Positions 23,033 through 34,966 of a DNA stretch of 64,000 nucleotides are shown piece after piece. Location: positions 155,434,001 through 155,498,000 of the forward strand of contig OZ038378.1 of NCBI GenBank assembly GCA_964036045.1. The letters run 5' to 3'. This DNA is from Eutreptiella sp. 'Long Island Sound 2002'. Taxonomy: Eukaryota; Protista; Euglenida. Every line of letters starts with the position of its first letter. The stretch's first letter is position 1. The notes under the pieces were generated by a model, which did not search any database, was not told the origin of the DNA, and was given only the letters and a program-made list of their open reading frames with translations. The translations under genes and the position numbers were made by a program.

Positions 23033-26018
23033 CCACAACGACGACGACGACGACGACCACGATCACGACCACCACCACCACCACCACCACCACCACCAGG
23101 ACCACGACGACAACCATGACCACAACCACAGCAGCAGCAGCAGCAGCAGCAGCAGCCAGCAGCAGCAGCGGCCGGGCCAGCAGCAGCAGCAGCAGCAGCA
23201 GCATACTCCAACTAGTGAAAACAACTACTTCCACAAAAAAGCTTTCAGCACCCAGGGTCAGAGTGGCTATCGATTTGCCAGCCCATTGAGCCCCCAGCCC
23301 AGGATCCCGACCACCCCCCACCCTCCCCCATTGCTGACCAGGCACCAGTATGAAGAACCTCAGCCTGTCAGCATGCATGGTGCCTTGCACTGCTGGAACA
23401 GGCGGGGGCCACCGCATTGAGGCCAGAATAGGCACAGGCCGCTGCCTCCAGGCCACAAGGACTGCTGGCGTCTGACAGGTACTACACGGGTGTGACAGCC
23501 TACAGGAAAGCTAACCAGGGCCCTATAATGTCCGCTTGTAAGAGGAGACACAGCCGCCAGCACGACTTGGGATGGAGCAGTGGGCAGGCGCAACGGTGAC
23601 AAGGGCTGCCGCTGGCTGAACTGTTGGTCTGACTACTGTGTGAGCCGCTGCAGATGGTTGATGGGGGCCTCGTGCAGGCAGAAACCGGGGTGGGTAGACG
23701 CTGGTGCAAACGTGGCAGACCACATGTTGGTATAACAACACCCGCGAACTGCTACACGTTTGTCCTGAGCAGGAACTACTGCAGGCAGAGACCAGTGCAG
23801 GGAGACGCTGGCCATCCGCATGCGGAGACTGTTGTAGGGAGAAGCTGTAGCTAGCTCAAATACTTCTTTGTGCAGGCCCCTGGCTTTAACGAGAGATAAC
23901 CCCCCACAGTGAGGTTGTGCCTGAAAGGGATTTCGATCGAAGTGGGTTTCAATCATGGTGATAATGTGTCTGGTGAGGCCTCTCAACGGGCCTGTTTTCT
24001 TGTGTCTGGCGCACTGCCATAGTTCACTAACGTCTACATCCCCCATTTTGGGACGGCGACTGTACGTTAAAAACCTCACAGTCTTTAGTGCCTGCTGGCT
24101 CTGTGGTGCCACCATGGCCCAGACGGTGGCCCTAGCTGATGCCTGTGTCTGGGGCACACGTACCAAGGCCAGGATGGTCCACCCAGGCAAGCTGATGTTT
24201 TGTGCCTGGGCCATGCAGAATACTGAGATGATACTTGTGCCGGAAGATGTACCACAGGACCACAGGACCAACCTCCATTGATCCCACACGGTCGTGGGTC
24301 TACAGGTCACCCCTCACGTGTTACCAGCCAAAGTGCTTCAGAAGATGGTAGTGTCAGCTGAAAATTTGAAGGCCCCTGTCCTCACAGCTGCCTCTTGCCA
24401 CTGGTCCTGACGCACATGGTAAGTCCGTATTCCCGTAATGAGTATGCCACTGCTGCAACACACTACCTCATTGCAGAACGCCATGAAGCCTCAGAAGGCC
24501 ATGCCCTACTGCAAGCAGTGCTACCCGACCTGCCCGTAGCAGTTTTACCATCCCCTTTGTACGCAAAAACACACATCACATGCAGCGGGGTATATGCCCT
24601 TTTGCACGCACACGAGCTGGTGGCTGCCACTGATGCTGCCATTGTTGGCTCCACACATGGGTGTTCAGTGGTGCTCTGTGACCTGCGGTCAATGCAGACT
24701 GTCACATGTTCCACAGCGCACGAGGCCTACAGGGCTGACCCATCCGCCCTGGAAACCGTGGCGCGGTTTCCTAGTGCTTCACCAATGACATGACTGGCAG
24801 GGCCTTTTGCGGTCTGCTTGCGACTGTGTATCTGCCCTGTGGCGTATGTTTATCGTCCTCGCGCACAAGGAGACGGCTATGGCAGCGATTTTTCGTTCCT
24901 TGGCACATGTTTTTCACCGTGTCACCAGCCCAACATGAGTCCATGTGTGTTGACCCCCTCAGTCGCCTCAGTGCTGGTGCCCATAATGCTGCACCAGCGG
25001 CGGCCCAGACCAGACCCTGTGCAGGAGTCCCTCTAGCTACACACCTGTATGGCATGCTGGTCCTGATGTACCGAGGGGCCCTGCAATTCCATCCGTGGAC
25101 TGTCTAGGGATATGGTGAGCGTCCAGCATGCCCCCCCACCAGCTGGGCTTGCTGCCGGGCAGGATGTTTTGGACTCTCCTTGAAATGCAAAAACAAAAGA
25201 AGGAATCTTGTACAACCCACATTTCCCACAGGAATGCTTCTTGGGCCCCACATTCTTTAAACGCGAGCCAAATATTCAACCTGCTGCTGTGGAGCAATTT
25301 TCGGCACCAAGAAGCGTTCCGTGAAGAAAGGGCTCAACAAGGTACATGCTCAAATGTCAACCGGTGCACAAAATATCATCCTCTACCTTTGTACAGCCTG
25401 ATATGTGGCGAGAGAAATCTGGGGCAGCCCGGAAGAACTGCGGGACATTTGATGAACACCTTTGGAGTTCCCATGGTTAATTTTGCAGTGAAGTTGAGAC
25501 GTGAAATTTCCCATGTGAAACCCTACCCCAAACGCCCGCCTTGTACAAAAAACAAGACATGTGGTACATTGGTGAATTCCAAAAGCACAGAAAACCACAT
25601 TCCCTGTCCAATGCCATGGCTCTGCACGCCACTTCTTCTTCTTCGCCAGACCAAAGTACATTGGTTCTTGAACTTGGTCAGTGGGCGTGCCCGGCACAGG
25701 TTGAGGAGGAGGACGGTATGATAAACTTGTCCTGTACTGCAGGCTAATAAGGGCTGGTGATGCCTGGAGAACACCTCGTGGAAAGCGTGCTGCCAGGCAT
25801 GGCTGACGAACACCGTCGCCGGGCCGATCAGCGGTGCATTGCCACGGCCGCCGCACTGTCGCGTTAGTAGGTCCGTGTACGCGCAGCAGTCCGCCGAGGT
25901 GCGCGGCAGCACCACCCTCTCACACATGTCGGCCGTGGTCATGTCCCGTGAGATGGCGGGGTCCTCGTTCATTGATGAAGGAGGAGAGCATGGCAGCCGA
26001 TACACCGATGCACCCGCT
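17104..26018 (-). CDS. Four-exon gene (or recent pseudogene): HET/TIR-like domain + TPR repeats (kinesin-light-chain-like protist family); 5' end not identified
   Basis: Exons 26018-25775, 22570-22158, 20953-20645 and 17520-17104, each bounded by AG/GT. Joins give HAFHE|VVGVLL and LRKPEK|VIEYMNK. Motifs GVSAAMLSSF, MTTADMCERVV, VFVSHAW, YFWFDLFTNNQ, PRAWCLWE, then TPR-like helices. Four single-base frameshifts are needed. Confidence 0.8.
18780..18831. repeat. Inverted (AC)n/(GT)n microsatellite pair
   Basis: ACACAC...CCCACA followed directly by GTGTGT..., self-complementary. Confidence 0.9.
18905..19748. repeat. 36-bp intronic minisatellite, ~23 copies
   Basis: Unit TATATATGTGTCGGTATATGTATATATCTGTGTAGG; explains the long low-complexity ORFs at 18354-20065. 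Confidence 0.97.
21642..22075. mobile_element. Intronic relic related to the 6734-7832 element
   Basis: 21642-21672 is the reverse complement of 7108-7138 (29/31 identical); CAACAACGGAGGCCT occurs at 21862 and 7147; GCACCGCG motif clusters in both orientations; poly-C run at ~22050-22064. Confidence 0.6.
22730..23202. repeat. Compound triplet microsatellite (CAA)~100 then (CGA), (CAC), (CAG)
   Basis: Direct reading; source of the poly-C, poly-V and poly-L ORFs in the track. Confidence 0.97.
23630..25060 (-). pseudogene. Heavily decayed non-LTR RT relic inside intron 1 of the TPR gene
   Basis: PYRCVARGTPAQG...PALRRLRG...WAGDTV resembles G.PQG...PL.R.L...YADD; downstream CGGLSLVKA resembles the thumb GGLGL motif; correct order on the minus strand. 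Confidence 0.5.
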
Positions 26019-27789
26019 CTGCGAGGGGGACGGGGGGCCCCTCGTTAAACCGAGTTTGAGGGCAGTGGGGCGCTCGGGTCGGACCCTCGACGGGCGGCAG
26101 TAGCGCGGCTTGGGGCGTGGAGCAGGAGCCTTCCCCTGTGCCTGGCACCGAATGGGCATTCGAGAGGTCACCGAGGCATTGAGGAGGCTCGCCAAGATGG
26201 GCTGGGTGCTCGCAATGTGCCGCAGCAAACCCAGGTCACCAGCAAGCGTAGTCTCGGACGCCATCTTGGCCGTACCTGCACACATCAAGAGGCTACAGTA
26301 CACACCCAACAGGGCTTTGATGGCCTTAACGACTATGCGAGGAGAGAGCGATCCAAGGAGACTACAATAAACCAGAAGTAGTTTTTGAACTCGTCCACTT
26401 GCACAGACCGCAGAAACTGTTTTTTTCCCCAAACCGGCTTGCAAAAATTGTTTAACTCATCCTCAGCAAAGCGCAACGGCAATATACACAGCAGAACAGT
26501 TGGATCAATGCACTTCCAGACAGGGTTCTCACCCCGGTCCATCTGATCATAGTTGATGACCGCCAGGTTGTACCTTGCTTCGGCTTAGCATTCAACATTC
26601 AACATACAACTGCTCTTTGACCTCCTGTTGCAATTGCATTGTTCATGTTGTTACTGCGTCACGCATGATGCACTGTGTCTCAGGGGATCCTGGGATGTAT
26701 GTACCGTATCAAGTTCGAACCTGGTCGTATCCTGGAAAAAGGGGGGCGGAGTACCCCACCCGCGATGCCTTTGCATTGCCAGTGCTGGGTTCTCGGCACA
26801 GCCAGCAACTCATCCCATACCCCACAACCACAAGGCGCACAACATTGCGACGATGCAGGATTGCAGAAAGCTGTACACAAAGCTGTGCCTTTGATCATCA
26901 CCAAAGCTGACGTGCACACTGAGAGTCCTGTTCAGGGTTTTTGCTTCGAGCTTGGGTCTAGCATATTTTCATTGTTCTTAATTTGAATCTGAGGCACCCA
27001 GGGCTGTGGAATAGAAGCCAACAATTGCACATGGTTGCTTTTTGGGGCAGGCTTTGGAACGGCCTTGGCCAGGGGCTTAGGAATGGGTTTGGGCTCCTGG
27101 GCTCCTTTCCTTCAGAACAAAATCATCCTTTGCGACATGCAGCCTACCCTCAAAAACATGACCCCATCCCCAAAGCCCACATGCCATTTTTTCCCATCCT
27201 GCTGAAAATCATTCCACGATTGCACATTACACGGATGTGGGTAACAGCCATGCCATAAACAGCAAATGGTCAGTCGTTAAAAAAAGCAGATCAAAATGTG
27301 AACCAATGGCCGTAACTCTCAAGTAAAATGTTGCAATTTCCACAGACAACCCTAACAATCATCAAACAGCCCCTCTGTCTGATCCATCGCCTCAAAATAA
27401 TGTTGAAAAAACGGTTTTTGCCACAGGAATAAATTTCGCTCCGGCTTTAGTTCACATAAGATCCGAAAATTGCTGTGGTAAGTTTCACATACAGGGGGGG
27501 GGGGGGGGGCTGGCCCGGCGTGCACCTGGCGCGCTACTTTTGTACCAAGTATTCCAACTTTAGCCCCAGTTCTACCCTCCCCTGAGGGGGAATGTTTGCC
27601 CGGCGCGCTACTTTTCTATTAACTATCCCGACTTCAGCCCCAGATTTACCCTCTCATGGAGAAGCCCCCCAAGTAGACCACATTGCACTGCACACCTTCC
27701 CTACAAAGCACGTTGCAAAATAAAGCAATATCTGTGACTTCAACCACTGCAACTGTCATTTGTAGTGTAATTAACAAACAACATTGGTC

Positions 27790-27885
27790 CCACAAGTGTG
27801 GGTGTCAATACATTCATTACAATAGTGCTCCTTACACTCATCACAAACTGCGACGGTGGAGCGCCTTTGGCAACACAAAACACAC
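27790..27885 (-). pseudogene. B-box-type zinc-finger coding relic (also at ~41252-41347 and ~54706-54801)
   Basis: CVLC-CQRRSTVAV-CDEC-KEHY-CNEC-IDT-H fits C-x2-C...C-x2-C-x4-C-x2-C-x3-H; no ATG-initiated frame evident. Confidence 0.55.
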
Positions 27886-27903
27886 ACTTCCGCCTCATCC
27901 TCT

Positions 27904-28006
27904 GTGGATTGTGAGTCCCTAACCCCAACTCGAGGGGCCACGCAACAAAGCGTGGATTGTGAGTCCCTAACCCCAACTCGAGGGGCCACGCAACAAAGCG
28001 TGGATT
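27904..28006. repeat. 48-bp direct repeat x2 (present in all three units)
   Basis: GTGGATTGTGAGTCCCTAACCCCAACTCGAGGGGCCACGCAACAAAGC at 27904 and 27952. Confidence 0.95.
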
Positions 28007-30313
28007 CAAAGATTGTCCCGGTTTCCTCAATAGCACCGGAAGGTTGGGGCCCAAACGAGGGTGGAAATGCTACGTCACCCCTGCATTCTCGGGGGTCCCC
28101 AACAAAGGAGACAAAATCAGAAGTCAAAACCTACGCCGGGGGGTCACCATGATGCTCCTAGTATCTCAAAGTGTGGGTCCCTAGTACAGCCAGGCGCCCA
28201 AATAGCTGCACTGTGCTAAGTGCGCCCCCTTAGCGCACCCCCTAAAAGGTCACCGGTGGGGCACGTGTCCAAAAAGATGCCCGGCGCGCGCCCGGCGCGC
28301 CCCTGAGAAGCCTCCCAAGCAAACCAGAATCAACCGCAAACCTTTCCAGACCAATTTTGTAAATTCCACTTGCTCAACACATATGACATGGATTGTGCCT
28401 AATAAACAATTTCACATGTGTACACTCCGCACAATAATTTCAACTACATGCACCACAAACTGTGGTGGTGTGCTTCTAACAGCACAATACACAAACCCCA
28501 ACGTCATCCCCTCCATCATCTTGTATGGCAGCTGAGTTGCTTGCATCAGCAGTTTTCTGAACATGAGGGGCAACATGTTCCCATGGTACATAAGGGGGGT
28601 AATGGACCAACGTGCCATTCTATCTCCCAATGAAGGCACAATGAAATGAATACGGTCCCGGTACGCCCCTTCATGGCCCCCAGCCTCAAAATCAAACCGA
28701 CCAGCTTGTGTGTGAGATGGTCCGTACCTTCCCCATGTTAAGACATGCCATCTGAGGGGAAAATGAAATGGCTACATAACCCCTGCATTCTCTGCAGAGT
28801 GTGGAGGAATCAGAGTGGTTGCTTAGTACAGTGCTGGTCACGGGCATTTTGGCCTTAAAAGATGCCCAGTGCACTAACGCATCCCCTCTACCTCCTAGAT
28901 CTACTACGTGAACACAATGGCACAAATAGTGGAACACACATCATCGTCCAAAAAGCATGTGGTAAGTTTTGCACCAAACTGATTTGCCAAGTTTCCTAGA
29001 ATGAAACAGACCCGTCCGAAGCCCCCGCCCCCCCGCCCACACACAGAGGCCAAGTTCTTGCACTGCGTGCGCACTACGTGCATACTGCGCACGCAGAGGC
29101 TGGGATACTCACCCAAGAATACCTGTCACCTGTCTAGTAGCACGGGGAAGCAGCAAAGCCCACATGAGAAAAACGAAACTGCCTTCAACTTGGTAATCAA
29201 CTGTCTTTATGAACAAGCCACTCAGCCTTGTGGTTGTTCTTCCAAAAATCAAAATGGGCCCTATGGAATTCATTGAGGAAGAGGACCCGCTCAAGGGGTC
29301 GACATTTTCGGAGACTCATGGGTGGGGGCGGGGTTGAGGGCCACCGGTCCTTGTATTGATTTAAGATTGCCACCTCCTTAGCGTGCATGGCCTTCAACTT
29401 ACTCTTCACCACATCATGGTACCGAATGCTTGGATGTACTTCAACGGAGCCTCCTCCATGCTTTGAGGGGTCCTCGTCCTTCTTTTTTCCCACTCGTGCT
29501 TTGCCACCACTCTAGAATTGATGCCCGGCGCGCACCCCGTGCGCTAACGCCCATGCAGGGGAGGAAATAGGGGGAAATGGTTGAAAATGGGCAAAAATGG
29601 TAGACAATTCAAATATGCCACATCCTGAATGCTTAGGAAGCTAAAAAAAACCCCGGTACGGAACCAAAAACTTGTGAAAAGGGGTTGAAACTAGGGTTCG
29701 AGTGCGTGCATGGCATTCCCACACACTTGTACCAAGCAAATGAGGACTTTTCTAGATCCAGTCACCCTGCTGATTCCTAGGGCATGGGGTGTAGGCCCTG
29801 GTGGCGCATAGCTGCGTTGGTTGTCATGCAATGTTGAGCCTTTGGGACCTTGGACTGCTGTGTGTGTGTGTGCCCCAAGTGGTGGGCAGATGGTTGACCG
29901 GAGCAATTTACACCGGATCTCACGAGAGCTCGCGCTTGCTGCAGCTGATCCGCTCGTACCAACTGTGCATCGGTTGCTTGGGAGGGTTGAAGGCCATGGA
30001 CACAGCGAGGGCTCACTGTGGTGGGCATCATTTCTGGCACTGCTTCTCTTTTTGAGCTTCCGAAGATCCGCACCGCGCGTGCACCGTGCAGACAGCAACC
30101 CTTTTGGAACCAAATTGTCCTATTTCATTAGTTGTGACCATCCAACTATATCCTGGGCGCATACATTGCAGATTTGGTCATTTGATGCATCGATGGGACG
30201 TCCGTGCTTCCCTTAATGTGGGCCATCTAATGTTGTGTTTCACGATCAGTAAGGTATTGTGGGACAGAAAATGTTTTTATGGCGGGTGTGTTAGATATAA
30301 CGACGAATGGTGG

Positions 30314-30521
30314 GAGCATGTGATGTACGAGAACGGGCATGTGTCTAGGACGAGTCCAACCATTCTCCCCTTCCCCTCCCCACTAATTAGGTCTCACCCC
30401 TCTCAAGGGGCCTTCAGCCCACTTGTACTGCGCGCGCGCGGGGGGTCGCGTCTCAACACAAGAATTTGTCTCCTCTGTGCTGCATGGGAATGCGGGAACG
30501 TGGTGCGGGTGAGGAGAATAT
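30314..30521. repeat. ~205-bp direct repeat R, left copy (right copy 39463-39674; unit 2: ~43787 and ~52920)
   Basis: GAGCATG.GATGTACGAGAACGGGCATGTGTCTAGGACGAGTCC...GGTGCGGGTGAG(GAG)AATATT occurs twice per unit, ~9.15 kb apart. Confidence 0.92.
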
Positions 30522-31170
30522 TTTTTTTGCTCAGACTCACAAGTTCATCGTAAGTGCTCGGCCAGACGGGCTGGATCAGTAATGACAGTGTAAGTACAAC
30601 ATATGTTGTCCCGTGCGATACCTGGGCCGCATACCACCCGTGGTGGCGGGACGTATATTTGAAACTCACCTGTAACCTGTCATCCGCTCATGCAGTATCA
30701 GAAACTGCCGAGCCACCGGGGCAACGAAGAAAGAAAAACAGTAAATGAGAAAAAGTCTGCTGTGAGAAAAAGAGAGTAGCTTGCCTGGCGTCTCTGGTGG
30801 GATTATGTCCTTCATGTAACTCATGTACGTGGGCGCTTGATTGTCCATTGTGCTCTCTGGTCTTCAGGTCCACTGCGTTTTCTGCCCCTGGGGATATTCA
30901 TCTGCTCGACGCTGGATGAGCATGCAAATGTCCGATCCCGCTGTGGATCAACGAAACCACAATATTCAGAAACACAGTGTAGGCACAAAAAAACCACCCT
31001 TTTTTGCCTCCTTGCCTGCCTTTGGTCTGAACCCACCAAGTGACAACTGACAGCACACCAGCAGACATCCGGCGTGTGCGCAACATTCCAGCATTGTTGC
31101 TCACGGTGCCTTGCCGCTGATTGTGCAGCTGTTGTGGAGTACATTGTGCGCAGCACAACGATAATTCTGC

Positions 31171-31907
31171 ATGCAACAATTTGTCTGAAACTTTTCTATT
31201 TAGAATTCTTGGCCCAGACCAAGATGAGCTGGCCTAGACTGGTCACTGCACCAAATTAGGTAGGGGAAATGCAATAGCAAGGCGAACATGCACCGGATGT
31301 CCAGCACACAGCTCGCAATGCCCATAAATCCACCGGGACTTGCGTGGCGCCACCCACGTCCAAGCACAACTCTGGAGGCTCTGAGAGGTTGGTGAGAAAG
31401 AGAAAAGATGCAATGGAAAGATAAATCTTAATGCAACAATTTGTCTGAAACTTTTCTATTTAGAATTCTTGGCCCAGACCAAGATGAGCTGGCCTAGACT
31501 GGTCACTGCACCAAATTAGGCAGGGGAAATGCAGTAGCAAGGCGAACATGTACCGGATGTCCAGCACACAGCTCGCAATGCCCACAAATCCACCGGGACT
31601 TGCGTGGCGCCACCCACGTCCAAGCACAACTCTGGAGGCTCTGAGAGGTTGGTGAGAAAGAGAAAAGATGCAATGGAAAGATAAATCTTAATGCAACAAT
31701 TTGTCTGAAACTTTTCTATTTAGAATTCTTGGCCCAGACCAAGATGAGCTGGCCTAGACTGGTCACTGCACCAAATTAGGCAGGGGAAATGCAGTAGCAA
31801 GGCGAACATGCACCGGATGTCCAGCACACAGCTCGCAATGCCCACAAATCCACCGGGACTTGCGTGGCGCCACCCACGTCCAAGCACAACTCTGGAGGCT
31901 TTGAGAG
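31171..31907. repeat. 260-bp internal tandem repeat: ~2.8 copies in unit 1, ~1.8 in units 2 (44641-45117) and 3 (58095-58571)
   Basis: ATGCAACAATTTGTCTGAAA starts at 31171, 31431 and 31691; only two starts in each of the other units. Confidence 0.95.
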
Positions 31908-32152
31908 GCTTAGCCCCCTAACCAGGCATCCTTCAGGTGTGCTTGGCACGGCACGAGCCCAGGGGGAAGGCAACAACTGTCTTGACCGTAATCCCTCTGA
32001 CGAGTGATGGCGACAGGGTGCTGCAGGCTTCAGGGGGTCAATAGGGGGCAGCCCCTCCTCTTGCCGTGTTTGTTTCCGGCCTCCTGCCAATGTGCTGCCC
32101 CTCTTGCCCATCTCTGTGCCGCGCATCCAAACTCCCTCGCCCCATACTCTAC

Positions 32153-32980
32153 CTGGAGCTGGAAAGGGGAGATGCTCTTGCTCTTCGCCTGCATCACGGC
32201 AGCATGGGCCAGCTGCTTGCACCCAAGTTTGATCAGGTGATTATCGTTGTCGCTCAGCTTTTTCAGGCAGTGCAGGTCGTTGATGACGAACTTCAAATAC
32301 TGCAGCCGCAACAAGAAGGTCACCGCCTTCACCTTCGTCTCACTCATCCCCCTCCAGAGCAGCAAGTACCGCACCGACTCCAAAAATGCTCGATACGCTG
32401 ATGCCTGGCACCGTGGGGGCGTCCGGAAGGCACTGCAAGGTTCGTCACAGGTTTCCGCAATCGCGGCCTGCAACGGTTTGCCTGCAAGCCACGGCAGCAG
32501 CCAGTCGTAGACGTTCTCCACATGCTTCTCTGGGCCATCTCCTATCATGCTCATCAGGAAGTACATCCACCATGAATCATCCTGCATCCTGTCATCGGGG
32601 ATGTTATCAATGGCAATGCAGCCTTTGTACTTGATTTTGCCATCCAGCGTTGCCACCGAGGGATGATACGGGTTCTCGTCCCCACCCGCGCACGCCACAA
32701 AGCGGAATCCTGACGCCTTCTTGATCAGCATGAAGACAATCTTCTTCGGTGAGGGCAACAGCAGTGCCTGTCCCACTCCCAACTCCCCGATGTTCTTCTT
32801 CAAGAACTTCAACAGCGCGGTCAGCCGCGACACACTCTGCAGGGTCCGCTGCCGCAGGCCGAAGCCCACTGCGCGCTCCAGGTCCTTGAGGGTGGAGAGC
32901 AGACAATCCTGGTCCTCTTCCATGAAACTTCCCATCCACTGCGACTGCTCCTTCGCCATGCGCGCCATCGAAAAGTGCAG
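32153..32980 (-). pseudogene. Orphan exon X, copy 1; splice acceptor removed by a 27-bp deletion
   Basis: Same frame as the copy 2 exon with GT donor at 32152; lacks 46191-46217 of copy 2, which contains the AG. Confidence 0.75.
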
Positions 32981-34966
32981 GGCGAGGCTGCGAGCACGGG
33001 GTGATGGAAAAGGCAGGAACAAGGGGTGGTGGGGAAGGAGGATGAGGGAGGGGCGGTAAGAAATGGAGGGCAGCAAGTAGGAGGGGGCTGTGCGCAAATA
33101 GTTTGGGTTGTGTGCCTCAGGGCAAAGAGTTGCGGGTCACCAAGTAATACGCTGCCCCGTTACGTGGCCCTAGCCCAGGGCACACTCCTGCTTCGGGTTT
33201 GTTTTGGCGGCACTGCAAGGGTGCCCAGTGGGCGACGACGCCTGTCCTGCTGTTGTGGATGATTTTTGTGGGTGAGCTCCCGCTGTCGCTCAGGCCAACC
33301 CTGGCAACGGAGGTGTTCCACGGCGAGTATGGCGGAGAACTGCAGTGCGCCTCTGATGGGTATAACCCCCGCAGAGGCACATGGATGCACACCCTTGGCC
33401 CCGGGGCCTTGGTTGTAGTGACCAGGTATCCGCCTCCCACGCAAGGGACCGGGCGGCCCTGACCACAGTGCCAGGCCACCCTTACCTTTCCCCACAAGGC
33501 AAAATGCCTGGAAACGCCGCACACCACCGATGAGCGACACTTGGCGTTTCGGACCCTCCTGGCCTATTTTCTCAGGCTTTATGGGAACCCCCACCCCACC
33601 CCGCACCCCAGAGTAGACCCTGGCCGACAAGCAGGCCACACAGAAGACATGGCACAACACCGATTGTGTTACATGTGAACCGACCAGCTTTCATGGAATT
33701 CCAGAGGTCTCATCCACACCGTTTGTCTGTCAGCTGCACACATCTTGACTCACGTGGCTTCAAGTACCGCATGTATAATGCGGCCTCTCCTTCCTGTTTG
33801 ACACGAGTGAGCGTCTCAGAGAGTTGCTCTAGGGTCCTCAACATTCACCCATTGTTTATTCGATGGGTGCCCTGGTTTGAGACAGGGATTCAGGCTGTCC
33901 TTCGAGCCCCTGAATCTCCTCTGCCAGATCATAGCTCCCTCGCTGAACAACACACAGGCCACAGAGAAGACCTGAAATGCAGCACAGCGAGCAGCCCACA
34001 CAGTTCAGGCTCAACCACCGGCGGTTGTTCTGTTCCCTTGCTGTTTCGGGGGGGGGGTACCATAAAGGTGCAGTGTGAGAGGGGGATTCGCGGCTACCAG
34101 CAGGGGCCTCTCTTGCTGGAGGGTTTTTCCCCATCACTGCCACGTGCATCACGCTATCGCTTACCTCCCGGATCTTGCAATGACCCATTTTCTGCCTTAT
34201 GCGCTGACATGTACCAAAGCTCTCCTGTAAGCAGCGTTCTCGTTGGGTATCAAAGAGGAAGAGTCTAAGCAACAGCGCAAGTGAGGGCGGGACTCGGGAA
34301 TGTGTCGCTTTTGACACCCGAGACCCTGCAGAAGCAAGTTGCAGAGGGAGGAGGGGCCGTGGCATCCCACCTCCTTTTGAGGTGGCTCCACGAGGGCGCC
34401 TCCTGCAGATCAATGGACCTGCTGAGGCCTGAAGACCACTGCATCCGGTTGCTAGTGATGGCGTGTTGAACCTCCCCCAATTCCCGTGTCCTCCGCAGGG
34501 ATCTCCTGGGCCCTCCGCACTGGCCCCTGAGCTTGCGCTCTTGTTCAGTGACCCGTGCGGTGCTGCATCTTTGGGTGACTTGTGGAGGGGCAAGCCAAAA
34601 AGATGGCGGCGGCGGGGGAGGTTGTGGGGCTGACCCTGAGGACATAATTAGGTCGTCCACTGCAGGCATTTGTGCCAGAGATGAGGACAGCCTGAGAAAC
34701 CACCTGAAGCAAGTCCAAGGTCAAAGGGCCGAGACTGTTGGTAAGAAGAAGTCACATTGGCGTCCGACAAGAGAGACAAGGTATAAGAGTTGCGAAAAAA
34801 GGGGGGAGGGATTAGGAATCCGGGGGCACAGTGAGGAAGGCATCGTGAGGGCAGAGGGGGAGGAATGGGAGGAAGTGGGGGGTATGATGCAAGAAGTATG
34901 GGGGCAATTGGTACTAGCAGCCAAACGGCGTAGGCAGTATGCGACAGACACGCAATGTCGGATGAC

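Noticed and set aside
22663-23456. Poly-Cys, poly-Val and poly-Leu ORFs
   Set aside because: Translations of the triplet microsatellite.
24395-25050. Plus-strand RNase H-like reading (VAATDAA...)
   Set aside because: The opposite strand gives better-ordered RT motifs; the plus-strand similarity is likely chance.
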